Notes under the pieces: generated by a model
Seen by the model: only the letters and a program-made list of their open reading frames with translations
Told to the model about the DNA's origin: nothing
Database searches by the model: none
Part shown: piece after piece, positions 38,693 through 47,407 of the stretch
Layout: every line of letters starts with the position of its first letter
Position numbering within the stretch: position 1 is the first letter of the stretch
Assembly: GCA_027494055.1 (NCBI GenBank)
Contig: JAOSJO010000022.1
Span: forward strand, 584,893-648,892
Reading direction: 5' to 3'
Origin: Anaerolineae bacterium
Lineage (GTDB): Bacteria; Chloroflexota; Anaerolineae; Aggregatilineales; JAFGMM01
DNA length: 64,000 nucleotides
Made by a program: the position numbers and the translations under genes

Positions 38693-38738
38693 ACAGTTCT
38701 AGCAGCTAAATAAGGATACACCCTGCCGGCGCGCGTGA

Positions 38739-40235
38739 TCAGCCGCCCAGCGCCACCAGCACCGCGCGCTGCGCCAGGTCAAGGAACAGCACCGGCGCCA
38801 CGCCGAGCACGAACGTGCCCACTGCCGCCAGGCCGACCGCCACACCCAGGAACGACCGCTGCGCCTGCGCCTCGCCGGGACCCTCGCGCAGGTACATGTT
38901 GACCACGATCCGCAGGTAGTAGAACGCGCTCACCACGCTGGTGATGACGCCGATCAGCGCCAGCCACACCATGCCGGCGTTGACGGCGGCCTGGAAGAGG
39001 AAGAACTTCCCCACCACGCCCGCCGTGGGCGGGATGCCCGTCAGGCTGAGCATGAACAGCGCCATCGCCAGGGCCAGGACGGGGCGCGTCTTGCTCAGGC
39101 CGTTGAAGTCGTCCAACTGCGGGTTGGTCGCGTCGTCCTTCTCGATGGCGACCGTGACGGCGAACGCGCCCAGGTTGGTGAAGGCATACGCCAGCAGGTA
39201 GAAGAGCGACGCGCTCACCGCGAAGTCACGCACGTCCGGCGAGCCAGCCGCCGCCGCCCCCATGAGGATGTAGCCGGCGTGCGCGATGCTGGAATAGCCC
39301 AGCATTCGCTTGACGTCGCGCTGCGCGATGGCGACCACGTTGCCCAGGATCATCGTCAGCGCCGCAATGAGGGCGATGGTGTCCTGCCACCCGGTCGCGT
39401 CGCCCGCGCCCGACACCGCCGGCAGCGCCACGATGAACACGCGCAGCAGCCCCGCGAAGCCGCCGAGCTTCGCGCCGACGCTCATGTAGCCCGTCACGGC
39501 GGTGGGCGCGCCCTGGTAGACGTCCGGCGTCCACATGTGGAAGGGCACCGCCGCCACCTTGAACCCCAGCCCGACCAGCATCAGCCCCGCGCCCGCGAGC
39601 AGCAGGCCCTGGTCGAGTATCAGCCCTGCGTTGACGCGGTGGAAGATCTCGCTCAGGTCGGTGCTCCCCGCCGCGCCGTAGACCAGCGCGACGCCGTACA
39701 CGAGAAACGCCGAGGAGAACGCGCCGAGCAAGAAGTACTTGAGCGCGCTTTCCTCCGAGGCCGCGTTCGGGCGGCGCAGACCAGACATGATGTAAAGCGG
39801 GATGGAGAGCAGCTCCAGCGCGACGAACAGCACCGCCAGGTCGCCCGACGCCCCCATGAGCATCGCGCCGCTGGTGGAGATCAGCAGCAGCGGGTAGTAC
39901 TCGCCCCGGTCGATGTGGGTGCGCTTCAGGTACTCATAGGCCATCAGCACGCCAAAAAACGCCGTCACCAGCGCGATCAGGTTCACGAACGCGGTGAAGT
40001 TGTCGGCGCGGTACATGCCGAGGAACGCCGACTGCCGGTCCGCCGGGAGGTCGAAGAGCGTGAGGTTGTAGAGGAACAACGCCACGATGCCGCCGAGCGA
40101 GAGCACGAGGTTCCAGTGCCGGCGGCGCTCCGGCAGGAACAGGCCCACCGCGAGCACGACGCACGCCCACAGTGCGAGGCCCATGGAGGGCAGCGTCACC
40201 GCGAGGTTCAGGTCTTGGAGCGTAGGAAGTTCCAT
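38739..40235 (-). CDS. nuoN: NADH-quinone oxidoreductase subunit N
   Basis: 498-aa polytopic antiporter-like subunit, last gene of the co-linear nuo operon. Confidence 0.9.
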   Translation of the reverse strand: MELPTLQDLNLAVTLPSMGLALWACVVLAVGLFLPERRRHWNLVLSLGGIVALFLYNLTLFDLPADRQSAFLGMYRADNFTAFVNLIALVTAFFGVLMAYEYLKRTHIDRGEYYPLLLISTSGAMLMGASGDLAVLFVALELLSIPLYIMSGLRRPNAASEESALKYFLLGAFSSAFLVYGVALVYGAAGSTDLSEIFHRVNAGLILDQGLLLAGAGLMLVGLGFKVAAVPFHMWTPDVYQGAPTAVTGYMSVGAKLGGFAGLLRVFIVALPAVSGAGDATGWQDTIALIAALTMILGNVVAIAQRDVKRMLGYSSIAHAGYILMGAAAAGSPDVRDFAVSASLFYLLAYAFTNLGAFAVTVAIEKDDATNPQLDDFNGLSKTRPVLALAMALFMLSLTGIPPTAGVVGKFFLFQAAVNAGMVWLALIGVITSVVSAFYYLRIVVNMYLREGPGEAQAQRSFLGVAVGLAAVGTFVLGVAPVLFLDLAQRAVLVALGG

Positions 40236-40256
40236 CGGTCGCTTGCCTGTGCTTTC

Positions 40257-41846
40257 TCAGTAGCCGGGGGCCAGGCCCACAGAGGCCGCCTCCCCCGCAG
40301 CCACCGGTGCGGGAGCCAGCTCCGGCGCCGCCGTGACGCTGCCGCCGGGTGCGGTGTAGGGCGTCACCAGGGCGTCTACCGAGCTGTCCATCATGCCGAA
40401 GAACGGCGTCGGGTACAGGCCGATCCAGAAGATCATGATGATGAGCGGGACCAGCACCGCCACTTCTTTCCAGTCCAGGCCGGGCAGGCGCTCGTTCTCT
40501 GGGTGGATGACCGGCCCCATGTAGACCTTGCCGAACATGTACAGCATGTAGACCGCCGCGAGGATCACGCCGACGGCGGCAAAGACCGTGAAGCCGACCG
40601 CCAGGAAGTTCGACCCCATCGAGCCGAGCAAGATGGTGAACTCGCCCACGAAGCCGTTAAGCCCCGGCAGGCCCATGCTGGAGAGCACGATGATCAGGCT
40701 CAGCGCGCCGAAGAGGGGCATCACCTTCCAGATGCCGCCGAAGTCGGCCATGAGCTTGGTGTGCCGTCGCTCGTAGAGCATCCCGACGAGCAAGAACAGC
40801 CCGCCCGTGCTCAGGCCGTGGTTGACCATCTGCATGATGCCGCCCTGGACGCCCTGCGCGTTGAGCGCGAAGATGCCGAGCATCACGAAGCCCAGGTGGC
40901 TCACGCTGGAATAGGCCACCAGCTTCTTCACGTCCTTCTGCGCGTAGCTCACCCACGCGCCGTAGAGGATGCCGATGACGGCGAGGGCGGCGACGACCGG
41001 CGCGAGGTCTATACTCGCCTGCGGGAAGAGCGGGAGGTTGAAGCGCACGAAGCCGTAGGTGCCGAGCTTGAGCAGCACGCCCGCCAGGATCACGCTGCCG
41101 GCGGTCGGCGCTTCGTAGTGCGCGTCGGGGAGCCAGGAATGGAACGGCCACAGCGGCACCTTGACGGCGAACGCGGCGAAGAACCCGATGAAGAGCAGCA
41201 CCTCCACGCCTTCGGGGAAGACGAGCGCCCCGGAGGCGAGCTTCTCCAGCAGGGTGGGCAGGTTGAAGGTATCGCCGTTCACGCCGAGCCAGAGGATCGC
41301 CAGCAGCATCAGGATGCTGCCCGCCATCGTGTAGAGGAAGAACTTGATCGCGGCGTACACCCGGTTCTCCGACCCCCAGATGCCGATGAGGAAGTACATC
41401 GGCACCAGCGTGAACTCCCAGAAGATGTAGAACAGGAACAGGTCCTGCGTCACGAAGACGCCGAGCATGGCGGTCTCGATCAGGAGCAACATACAGTAGT
41501 AGAGCTTCACGCGCTCCTTGATCGGGTCGAACGACGCCAGCACTGCCAGGGGCATGATGAACGTGGTGAGCAGGACGAGCAGCATACTGAGGCCGTCAAC
41601 CGCCACGTGGTAGGAGATGTTGAAGCCGGGAATCCAGTTGTAGTACGTCTCCAACTGGAGGCCGGGGTTGCTGGCGTCGAACGCGGCGACCATCCCCAGC
41701 GAGGCCAGGAAGGTGATGACCGCCGTGCCGAGCGTCACCCAGCGGATGATGTCCTCGCGCTCCCGGTTGATGAAGAGCACGACAATCAGCCCGGCGATGG
41801 GCAGAAAGGTGACGATGGTCGTGAGGGAAATTGGCGTGTTTTCCAT
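40257..41846 (-). CDS. nuoM: NADH-quinone oxidoreductase subunit M
   Basis: 529-aa antiporter-like subunit (..WLPDAHYEAPTAGSVILAGVLLKLG..). Confidence 0.9.
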   Translation of the reverse strand: MENTPISLTTIVTFLPIAGLIVVLFINREREDIIRWVTLGTAVITFLASLGMVAAFDASNPGLQLETYYNWIPGFNISYHVAVDGLSMLLVLLTTFIMPLAVLASFDPIKERVKLYYCMLLLIETAMLGVFVTQDLFLFYIFWEFTLVPMYFLIGIWGSENRVYAAIKFFLYTMAGSILMLLAILWLGVNGDTFNLPTLLEKLASGALVFPEGVEVLLFIGFFAAFAVKVPLWPFHSWLPDAHYEAPTAGSVILAGVLLKLGTYGFVRFNLPLFPQASIDLAPVVAALAVIGILYGAWVSYAQKDVKKLVAYSSVSHLGFVMLGIFALNAQGVQGGIMQMVNHGLSTGGLFLLVGMLYERRHTKLMADFGGIWKVMPLFGALSLIIVLSSMGLPGLNGFVGEFTILLGSMGSNFLAVGFTVFAAVGVILAAVYMLYMFGKVYMGPVIHPENERLPGLDWKEVAVLVPLIIMIFWIGLYPTPFFGMMDSSVDALVTPYTAPGGSVTAAPELAPAPVAAGEAASVGLAPGY

Positions 41847-41875
41847 GTGCCCCCTTATTCCTCCAAGAGACCTCA

Positions 41876-41899
41876 GACAGTGGGCTTAAGCCCACTGTC
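41876..41899. repeat. Perfect 24-nt palindrome with a GGGCTTAAGCCC core, in the nuoL-nuoM spacer
   Basis: GACAGTGGGCTT|AAGCCCACTGTC, the same core and a similar left flank (CCTCAGAC vs CCTGAGGAC) as the palindrome at 21405-21430. Confidence 0.8.
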
Positions 41900-41917
41900 C
41901 CAACCAATCAAAAGGGT

Positions 41918-44236
41918 TTACTGCCCGAACAACAGCGGCAGCAGCAGGATCAAGAGCACAGCAAGCACCCCAAGCATCACGCTCAGGGCGTAATTGCGCA
42001 CGTACCCGGTCTGGAGGTGGCGCGCCTGGCCGGCGAGCTGCTGCGTGACCCGCCCCACACCGTTGACAACCCTGTCGATAATGCCCAGGTCAAAGTCGCC
42101 GCCCAGGAAGGCCGCGATCCGGTTGAAGCCGCCGTACAGGCCCTGATCGAGGCCGTCGCGCAGGTAGCGCACGTCCAGGTGCGCCAGCAGCCCGCCGAGC
42201 GCGTTGAAGGGCCGGATCACGGCGTTGTGGTACGCCTCGTCCCACAGCCACTTGCGGTGCAGGAAGGTCCACAAGGGGCCAAGCGGGCGCTGAAGCCGGT
42301 CGAGGCCGTCGCTGGTCAGCGCGGGGCGCATGTAGTAAATCACAACCGCCAGCGCGACGGCGACGCCGGCAATCGCCAGCGCGACAAGCGCCAGCAGCAC
42401 GTTGAAATCCGCCGTGTGCGCGTGCGGCACGCTCTGCTCCAGCCACGTGCCGAAGGGATGCAACCCCGGCACATTAAGCAGCCCGCCGAGGGTGCTCAAC
42501 GCGGCCAGCACGATCAGCGGGTACGTCATGATCGGCGGGTTCTCCGAGGCATGGCCGGCGGCCTGGGTGCGCGGCGCGCCGAAGAAGATCATGAAGACCT
42601 GCCGGCCCATGTAGAACGCTGTGAACGCCGCCGCGCCGATGAGCAGGATCAGCACGAGCCAGCCGGTCGGGTCGCCGTACTCGGAGCCGCGCAGGAAGGC
42701 GTCGAGCAGAATCTCGTCCTTGGACCAGAAGCCCGCGAACGGGAAGATGCCCGCCAGCGCCAGCGCGCCGATGACGTACACCCAGAAGGTGACCGGCATC
42801 CGCCGCCGCAGGCCGCCCATATTGCGCATGTCCTGCGGGTCGAGCACGCCCTCGCGGTAGCCAAAGGTGCGCGCCTCGTGCGTGCCATGTTCGTGCGCGT
42901 GGTGCGCGCCATGCTCGACGCCGTGAATCACCGACCCGGCGGCCAGAAACAACAGCGCCTTGAAGAAGGCGTGCGTCACCAGGTGGAACATGCCCGCCAC
43001 GTAGCCGCCCAACCCCACCGCCGCCACCATGAAGCCAAGCTGGCTGATCGTGCTGTACGCCAGCACGCGCTTGATGTCCCACTGCGCGACGGCGATGGTG
43101 CCGGCCATGAACGCGGTTATCGCCCCAACGAGCGCGACAATATCAGGCGGCGACAGGCCGAACGGCAGGATGTTGACCCCGCGCGCCGCCTCGTAGAGCA
43201 CGTTGTTGCGCGTCACCAGGTACACGCCGGCGGTGACCATCGTCGCGGCATGGATGAGGGCGCTGACCGGCGTGGGGCCGGCCATCGCGTCTGGCAACCA
43301 GACAAAGAGCGGAATCTGCGCGCTCTTGCCGGTGACGCCCACCAGCATCAGCAGCGTCACGACCACGATGAGGGTACCGATTGGGACTTCCGCGCTGCCG
43401 AGCTTCACGTTGCACCCGGCGGCCATGAACGCCTCCGCCATCGGGAAGACGCCCTCGCCCGTAGGCTGGCAGACGCCCTCCGGCGTGACCGGTGCGACGG
43501 CCTCCCCGCCGGGCGCGCTCTCCGGCGCGGCCTCGTGCACCTCGCCCGCCGCGACTTCCTCATGGCCGGCGGCGTGCGCCGCGCCCTGGATCGGCCCGAA
43601 GTCGAGCGTGCCGAAGGTCCACCAGATGAGCAGGATCGCCAGGATGAAGCCGAAGTCGCCCACGCGGTTGACGATGAACGCCTTCTTGGCGGCGTTGGTG
43701 TTCTTGATGCCGCCGATGATGCCGGTCTCCGGGTCGGGCGCGTCGCGGTGCAGCCAGAAGCCGATGAGCAGGAACGAACACAGGCCCACCAACTCCCAGC
43801 CGACGAACAGCACCAGAAAGTTGTTGCCGGTGACGAGCAGGAGCATCGAGGCGAGGAAGAGGTTCATGTAGATGAAGAACCGCCCGAAGCGCGCGTCGCC
43901 GTGCATGTACCCGACCGCGTAGATGTGGATGAGCGTGCCCACGCCGGCCACGGCCAGCATCATGGTCACGCTGAGCGTATCCACGCGCATCGCCCAGGGG
44001 ATGTCCACGCCCACCGCTGGCAGCTTGATCCAATCGACGATGGGGACGATCTTCCCTTCGCTGCCGCCGGCCAGGCCCAGCCCAAGCGCCACCGCGACGA
44101 GGAAAGAAAGGCCCGCCGCGCCGCAGGCGATCCACGCGATGCCCTTCTCGCTCAGGTACCTGCCGATCCAGGCGTTGAGCAGCAGGCCGGCAATCGGGAT
44201 AAAGACGATCAGCGGGACGAGATCGAATACTTCCAT
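41918..44236 (-). CDS. nuoL: NADH-quinone oxidoreductase subunit L (enlarged, 772 aa)
   Basis: ..GKSAQIPLFVWLPDAMAGPTPVSALIHAATMV.., with extra Ala/Glu/Pro-rich and His-rich loop segments. Confidence 0.9.
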   Translation of the reverse strand: MEVFDLVPLIVFIPIAGLLLNAWIGRYLSEKGIAWIACGAAGLSFLVAVALGLGLAGGSEGKIVPIVDWIKLPAVGVDIPWAMRVDTLSVTMMLAVAGVGTLIHIYAVGYMHGDARFGRFFIYMNLFLASMLLLVTGNNFLVLFVGWELVGLCSFLLIGFWLHRDAPDPETGIIGGIKNTNAAKKAFIVNRVGDFGFILAILLIWWTFGTLDFGPIQGAAHAAGHEEVAAGEVHEAAPESAPGGEAVAPVTPEGVCQPTGEGVFPMAEAFMAAGCNVKLGSAEVPIGTLIVVVTLLMLVGVTGKSAQIPLFVWLPDAMAGPTPVSALIHAATMVTAGVYLVTRNNVLYEAARGVNILPFGLSPPDIVALVGAITAFMAGTIAVAQWDIKRVLAYSTISQLGFMVAAVGLGGYVAGMFHLVTHAFFKALLFLAAGSVIHGVEHGAHHAHEHGTHEARTFGYREGVLDPQDMRNMGGLRRRMPVTFWVYVIGALALAGIFPFAGFWSKDEILLDAFLRGSEYGDPTGWLVLILLIGAAAFTAFYMGRQVFMIFFGAPRTQAAGHASENPPIMTYPLIVLAALSTLGGLLNVPGLHPFGTWLEQSVPHAHTADFNVLLALVALAIAGVAVALAVVIYYMRPALTSDGLDRLQRPLGPLWTFLHRKWLWDEAYHNAVIRPFNALGGLLAHLDVRYLRDGLDQGLYGGFNRIAAFLGGDFDLGIIDRVVNGVGRVTQQLAGQARHLQTGYVRNYALSVMLGVLAVLLILLLPLLFGQ

Positions 44237-44258
44237 GCAGACTTCCCCCTCGGTACGC

Positions 44259-44582
44259 TCAATCCTTCAACCGGCTCAGCTCATCGATGTTGATGCTGCG
44301 GCGGGTGCGGAAGATCACGACGATCAGCGCCAGGCCCACGGCCACCTCCGCAGCGGCGACCGTCATCACGAAAAACACCAGGATTTGGCCGTCCATCTGG
44401 TTATAGAAGCGCGCGAAGGCGATGAGCGCCAGGTTCGCCGCGTTGAGCATCAACTCCACCGACATGAAGACCAGAATCGCGTTGCGGCGGATCAGCACGC
44501 CGAGCGCCCCCATCGCGAAGAGGATCGCGCTCAACACCACATACGCGCTGATGTTCAAGGGTGCGGGTTCCATAATCGACAC
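44259..44582 (-). CDS. nuoK: NADH-quinone oxidoreductase subunit K
   Basis: 107 aa, three TM helices, ..[22 protein letters not shown]... Confidence 0.9.
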   Translation of the reverse strand: MSIMEPAPLNISAYVVLSAILFAMGALGVLIRRNAILVFMSVELMLNAANLALIAFARFYNQMDGQILVFFVMTVAAAEVAVGLALIVVIFRTRRSINIDELSRLKD

Positions 44583-44628
44583 TCCCCCTGCGTCACATTG
44601 CCCAGGCTCAGAGCCGCCGCGCGGTCAG

Positions 44629-45306
44629 TCACTCGCCTGCCGGCGCTGCGGGGGCCGGCGCGGCGGCCTCTTCCTCCGCCCCTTCGCCGTCCGCCCCTGG
44701 CGCTGACGCCGCCTCCGTCTCAATCGTCGTAATCATCTGCCGCAGCTCCCGGATGCGCCCCATCTGCGCGCGCTGGCTGCGCTTGGTGGGGATCACGTCG
44801 CGCGCAAGCACCACCGCGCCGATGGTCGCGGCCAGCAACAGGACGGCGACCATCTCAAACGGCAGCAGGTACCGGGTGTAGAGCACCGCGCCCACCTCGC
44901 CGGGGCCGCCGTGCGTGGTGGCCTGCACATCGTTGACCGGCTGGGGCGCGGGTATCTGGCCGGTCAGCACCGCCGCCGCCACGACCACGATGAACAGGAC
45001 CGCCAGCGCGAACGCCGCCGGCGTCTGAAAGCCCAATCGACGGTCTGTCAGGCCCAGGTCGATGCGCTCCGAGCCGAGCAGCATGATGACGAACAGGAAC
45101 AGCACCATGATCGCGCCGGCGTACACCGTGATCTGCACCATCGCCATGAACGGCGCGCTCAGCATCAGGTAGAACACGGCGACGCACGCCAGGTTCAGCA
45201 CGAGGAAGAGCGCCGAGTGTATGCCGCTCTTGCTGAACAGCATCCCCGCCGCCGCCGCCACCGCGACCGCGCCCACGATGATAAAGAGAAACGTCTCCAG
45301 CCCCAT
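44629..45306 (-). CDS. nuoJ: NADH-quinone oxidoreductase subunit J (with an acidic/Ala-rich C-terminal tail)
   Basis: Position in the operon and the TM pattern (..QITVYAGAIMVLFLFVIMLL..). Confidence 0.85.
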   Translation of the reverse strand: MGLETFLFIIVGAVAVAAAAGMLFSKSGIHSALFLVLNLACVAVFYLMLSAPFMAMVQITVYAGAIMVLFLFVIMLLGSERIDLGLTDRRLGFQTPAAFALAVLFIVVVAAAVLTGQIPAPQPVNDVQATTHGGPGEVGAVLYTRYLLPFEMVAVLLLAATIGAVVLARDVIPTKRSQRAQMGRIRELRQMITTIETEAASAPGADGEGAEEEAAAPAPAAPAGE

Positions 45307-45374
45307 ATGGACCCCTGCCTTATCTGTTTCGGCTCTCCCCTGCGGCCAACGTCGTCAGCCAGCGCCCGGCCGGC

Positions 45375-45876
45375 TCAGTCCGGGTCCTTCATGATCGGGA
45401 TGGCCCGGTCGAATTGCCCCGGCGCAACCTTTTGCGGTGTATCCGCGCCGTCCGGCGGCACCGGCTCCAGCAGCTTATCCTTGGTGTAGATCGCGTCGGC
45501 GCGCGACGTAAAGCGATAGCTCGTACATGTGGCCCATGGTAATGGCCTCGGTCGGGCAGGCGTCCTCACAGTACCCGCAGAAGATGCACCGCAGGTAGTT
45601 GATCTCGTAGGTCTTGGCGTAGCGCTCGCCAGGGCTGTAGCGCTCGTCGTCGGTGTTCACCTCCGCCTCGACCCAAATCGCCTCGACCGGGCACGCCGCC
45701 GCGCAGAGCGAGCAGCCGATGCACTTCTCCAGGCCGTTCTCGTAGCGGTGCAGCCAGTGCCGCCCCTTGAAGCGGGGCTGCACCGGTCGCCTGACCTCCG
45801 GATACTCGATGGTCACGGGCCTCTGTATCACGTGCTTGATGGTCGTCACCAAGCCGCGCACCATGTCGCCAATCAT
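45375..45876 (-). CDS. nuoI: NADH-quinone oxidoreductase subunit I with a frame break near 45520
   Basis: Two 4Fe-4S motifs (CIGCSLCAAACP and CIFCGYCEDACP). The C-terminus continues in track ORF 45375-45569 (..YRFTSRADAIYTKDKLLEP..). The 502-nt length fits one indel. Confidence 0.85.
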
Positions 45877-45921
45877 CTCTGCTTACCCCTCAAACTCGAC
45901 TTACGTCACCCTTCCGCCCGC

Positions 45922-47385
45922 TCAGGTCGCCAGTTGACGCCGGCGTCTGACCACGCTCGCAACAAACGCGATGAAAATGATGCCCACAATCGCCCCCGTG
46001 AGCAGGAACTGGATCACCCAGTACACATCCGGGTTGCCGCCGGCCTCGTCGCTGAGCACGAGCGCCGTCGCCGTCCACGCCGCCGCGAGCAGCGCCAGGG
46101 GGAGCATCACCTTCCAGCCGAACGACATCAGTTGGTCGTAGCGGAAGCGCGGGAAGGTCGCGCGGATCCACACCATCGTCAGGAGCGCGGCCACCACCTT
46201 GCCAAGGAGATAGCCGATCCCCAGCAGCGGCCCGAACACGAATTCCTGCCCGCCGCCGGCGGTCGGTTCGGGGTTGGTGGCGCTCACGCCGCTCACCCCC
46301 TCCACCATTGTGAGCGTGCCCGCCGGCACGTTGCCGAGCAGGCCGGGCGTGCGTGTGGTCGCGTCCACACCCACGATGGCCGTCGCGCCCGCCGGGATGC
46401 TGACGTCCTGCATGGTCTCGAAAATCACCCGGCGCTCCGGGTCATCGGTGGCGTTGTGGACGAGCGTCCCCCGCTGCACCAACACTGTCGCGCCCGTCGT
46501 GTTGGTCAGCGCCACCTGGCCCGTCGCGTAGTCCGAATCGACGAGGGGGCCGCCGAATCCGCCGAAGAACAGCGAGAAGGCGACCACGCTCACCACGGCC
46601 ATCTTGATGTACTCGGCCATGAAGAAGAGCGCGAACTTCATGCCGCTGTACTCGGTGTGGTAGCCGGCGGTCAGCTCCTGCTCGGCTTCAGGCAGGTCGA
46701 ACGGCGCGCGGTTCACCTCGGCGAGGAGCGCCACCAGCAAGATGAAGGCCGCGAGCGGGTTGTGGAGGATGAACCAGCCCAGGTCGAACTGCGCATCGAC
46801 GATCTTGCCAAAGCTCATCGTCCCCGCGATCATGATGGGTACCGCGACGCCCAGGCCCAGGCTCAACTCGTAGCTCACCATCTGCGCCGAGGCGCGGATG
46901 CCGCCCAACATGCTGTACTTGTTGGCGCTTGCCCACCCCGCCAGTGTGACGCCGTACACCGCGATGCTGGTGATCGCCAGCACGTAGAGCACGCCCACGT
47001 TGACATCGACCAGCGCGAAGGGAATAACATACCAGTTGCCCGCGATCCAGATCGGGATGCTGGGCGCAAGCGGCACGACGCCCAGCACCGGCAACGCGGG
47101 CATCACCGTGATGACCGGCGCAAGCCAGAACACCACCTTATCCGCCTGCGAGGGCGTGATGTCTTCCTTGAAGACGAGCTTGATGCCGTCGGCGATGGGC
47201 TGGAGCAACCCCGCCGGCCCGGCGCGGTTCGGCCCGACGCGCGCCTGGATGATGGCGATGAAGCGCCGCTCCAACCACGTGGTGTAGGCAAAGCCCCCCG
47301 TCAGCGAGGCGAAGAGCACCAGGCTCAAGACGACAACGCGAATCGTCTCACATGCGCCGGTGCACGCCAGGTAGGTCGTCTCCAT
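45922..47385 (-). CDS. nuoH: NADH-quinone oxidoreductase subunit H (487 aa, with a ~100-aa internal insertion)
   Basis: Canonical motifs ERRFIAIIQARVGPNR, NRAPFDLPEAEQELTAGYHTEYSG and WIRATFPRFRYDQLM. An additional soluble-looking segment lies between ..SLFFGGFGGP and FGPLLGIGYLLGK... Confidence 0.9.
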   Translation of the reverse strand: METTYLACTGACETIRVVVLSLVLFASLTGGFAYTTWLERRFIAIIQARVGPNRAGPAGLLQPIADGIKLVFKEDITPSQADKVVFWLAPVITVMPALPVLGVVPLAPSIPIWIAGNWYVIPFALVDVNVGVLYVLAITSIAVYGVTLAGWASANKYSMLGGIRASAQMVSYELSLGLGVAVPIMIAGTMSFGKIVDAQFDLGWFILHNPLAAFILLVALLAEVNRAPFDLPEAEQELTAGYHTEYSGMKFALFFMAEYIKMAVVSVVAFSLFFGGFGGPLVDSDYATGQVALTNTTGATVLVQRGTLVHNATDDPERRVIFETMQDVSIPAGATAIVGVDATTRTPGLLGNVPAGTLTMVEGVSGVSATNPEPTAGGGQEFVFGPLLGIGYLLGKVVAALLTMVWIRATFPRFRYDQLMSFGWKVMLPLALLAAAWTATALVLSDEAGGNPDVYWVIQFLLTGAIVGIIFIAFVASVVRRRRQLAT

Positions 47386-47407
47386 TCGCGTTATGCCTCC
47401 CGTCCGT

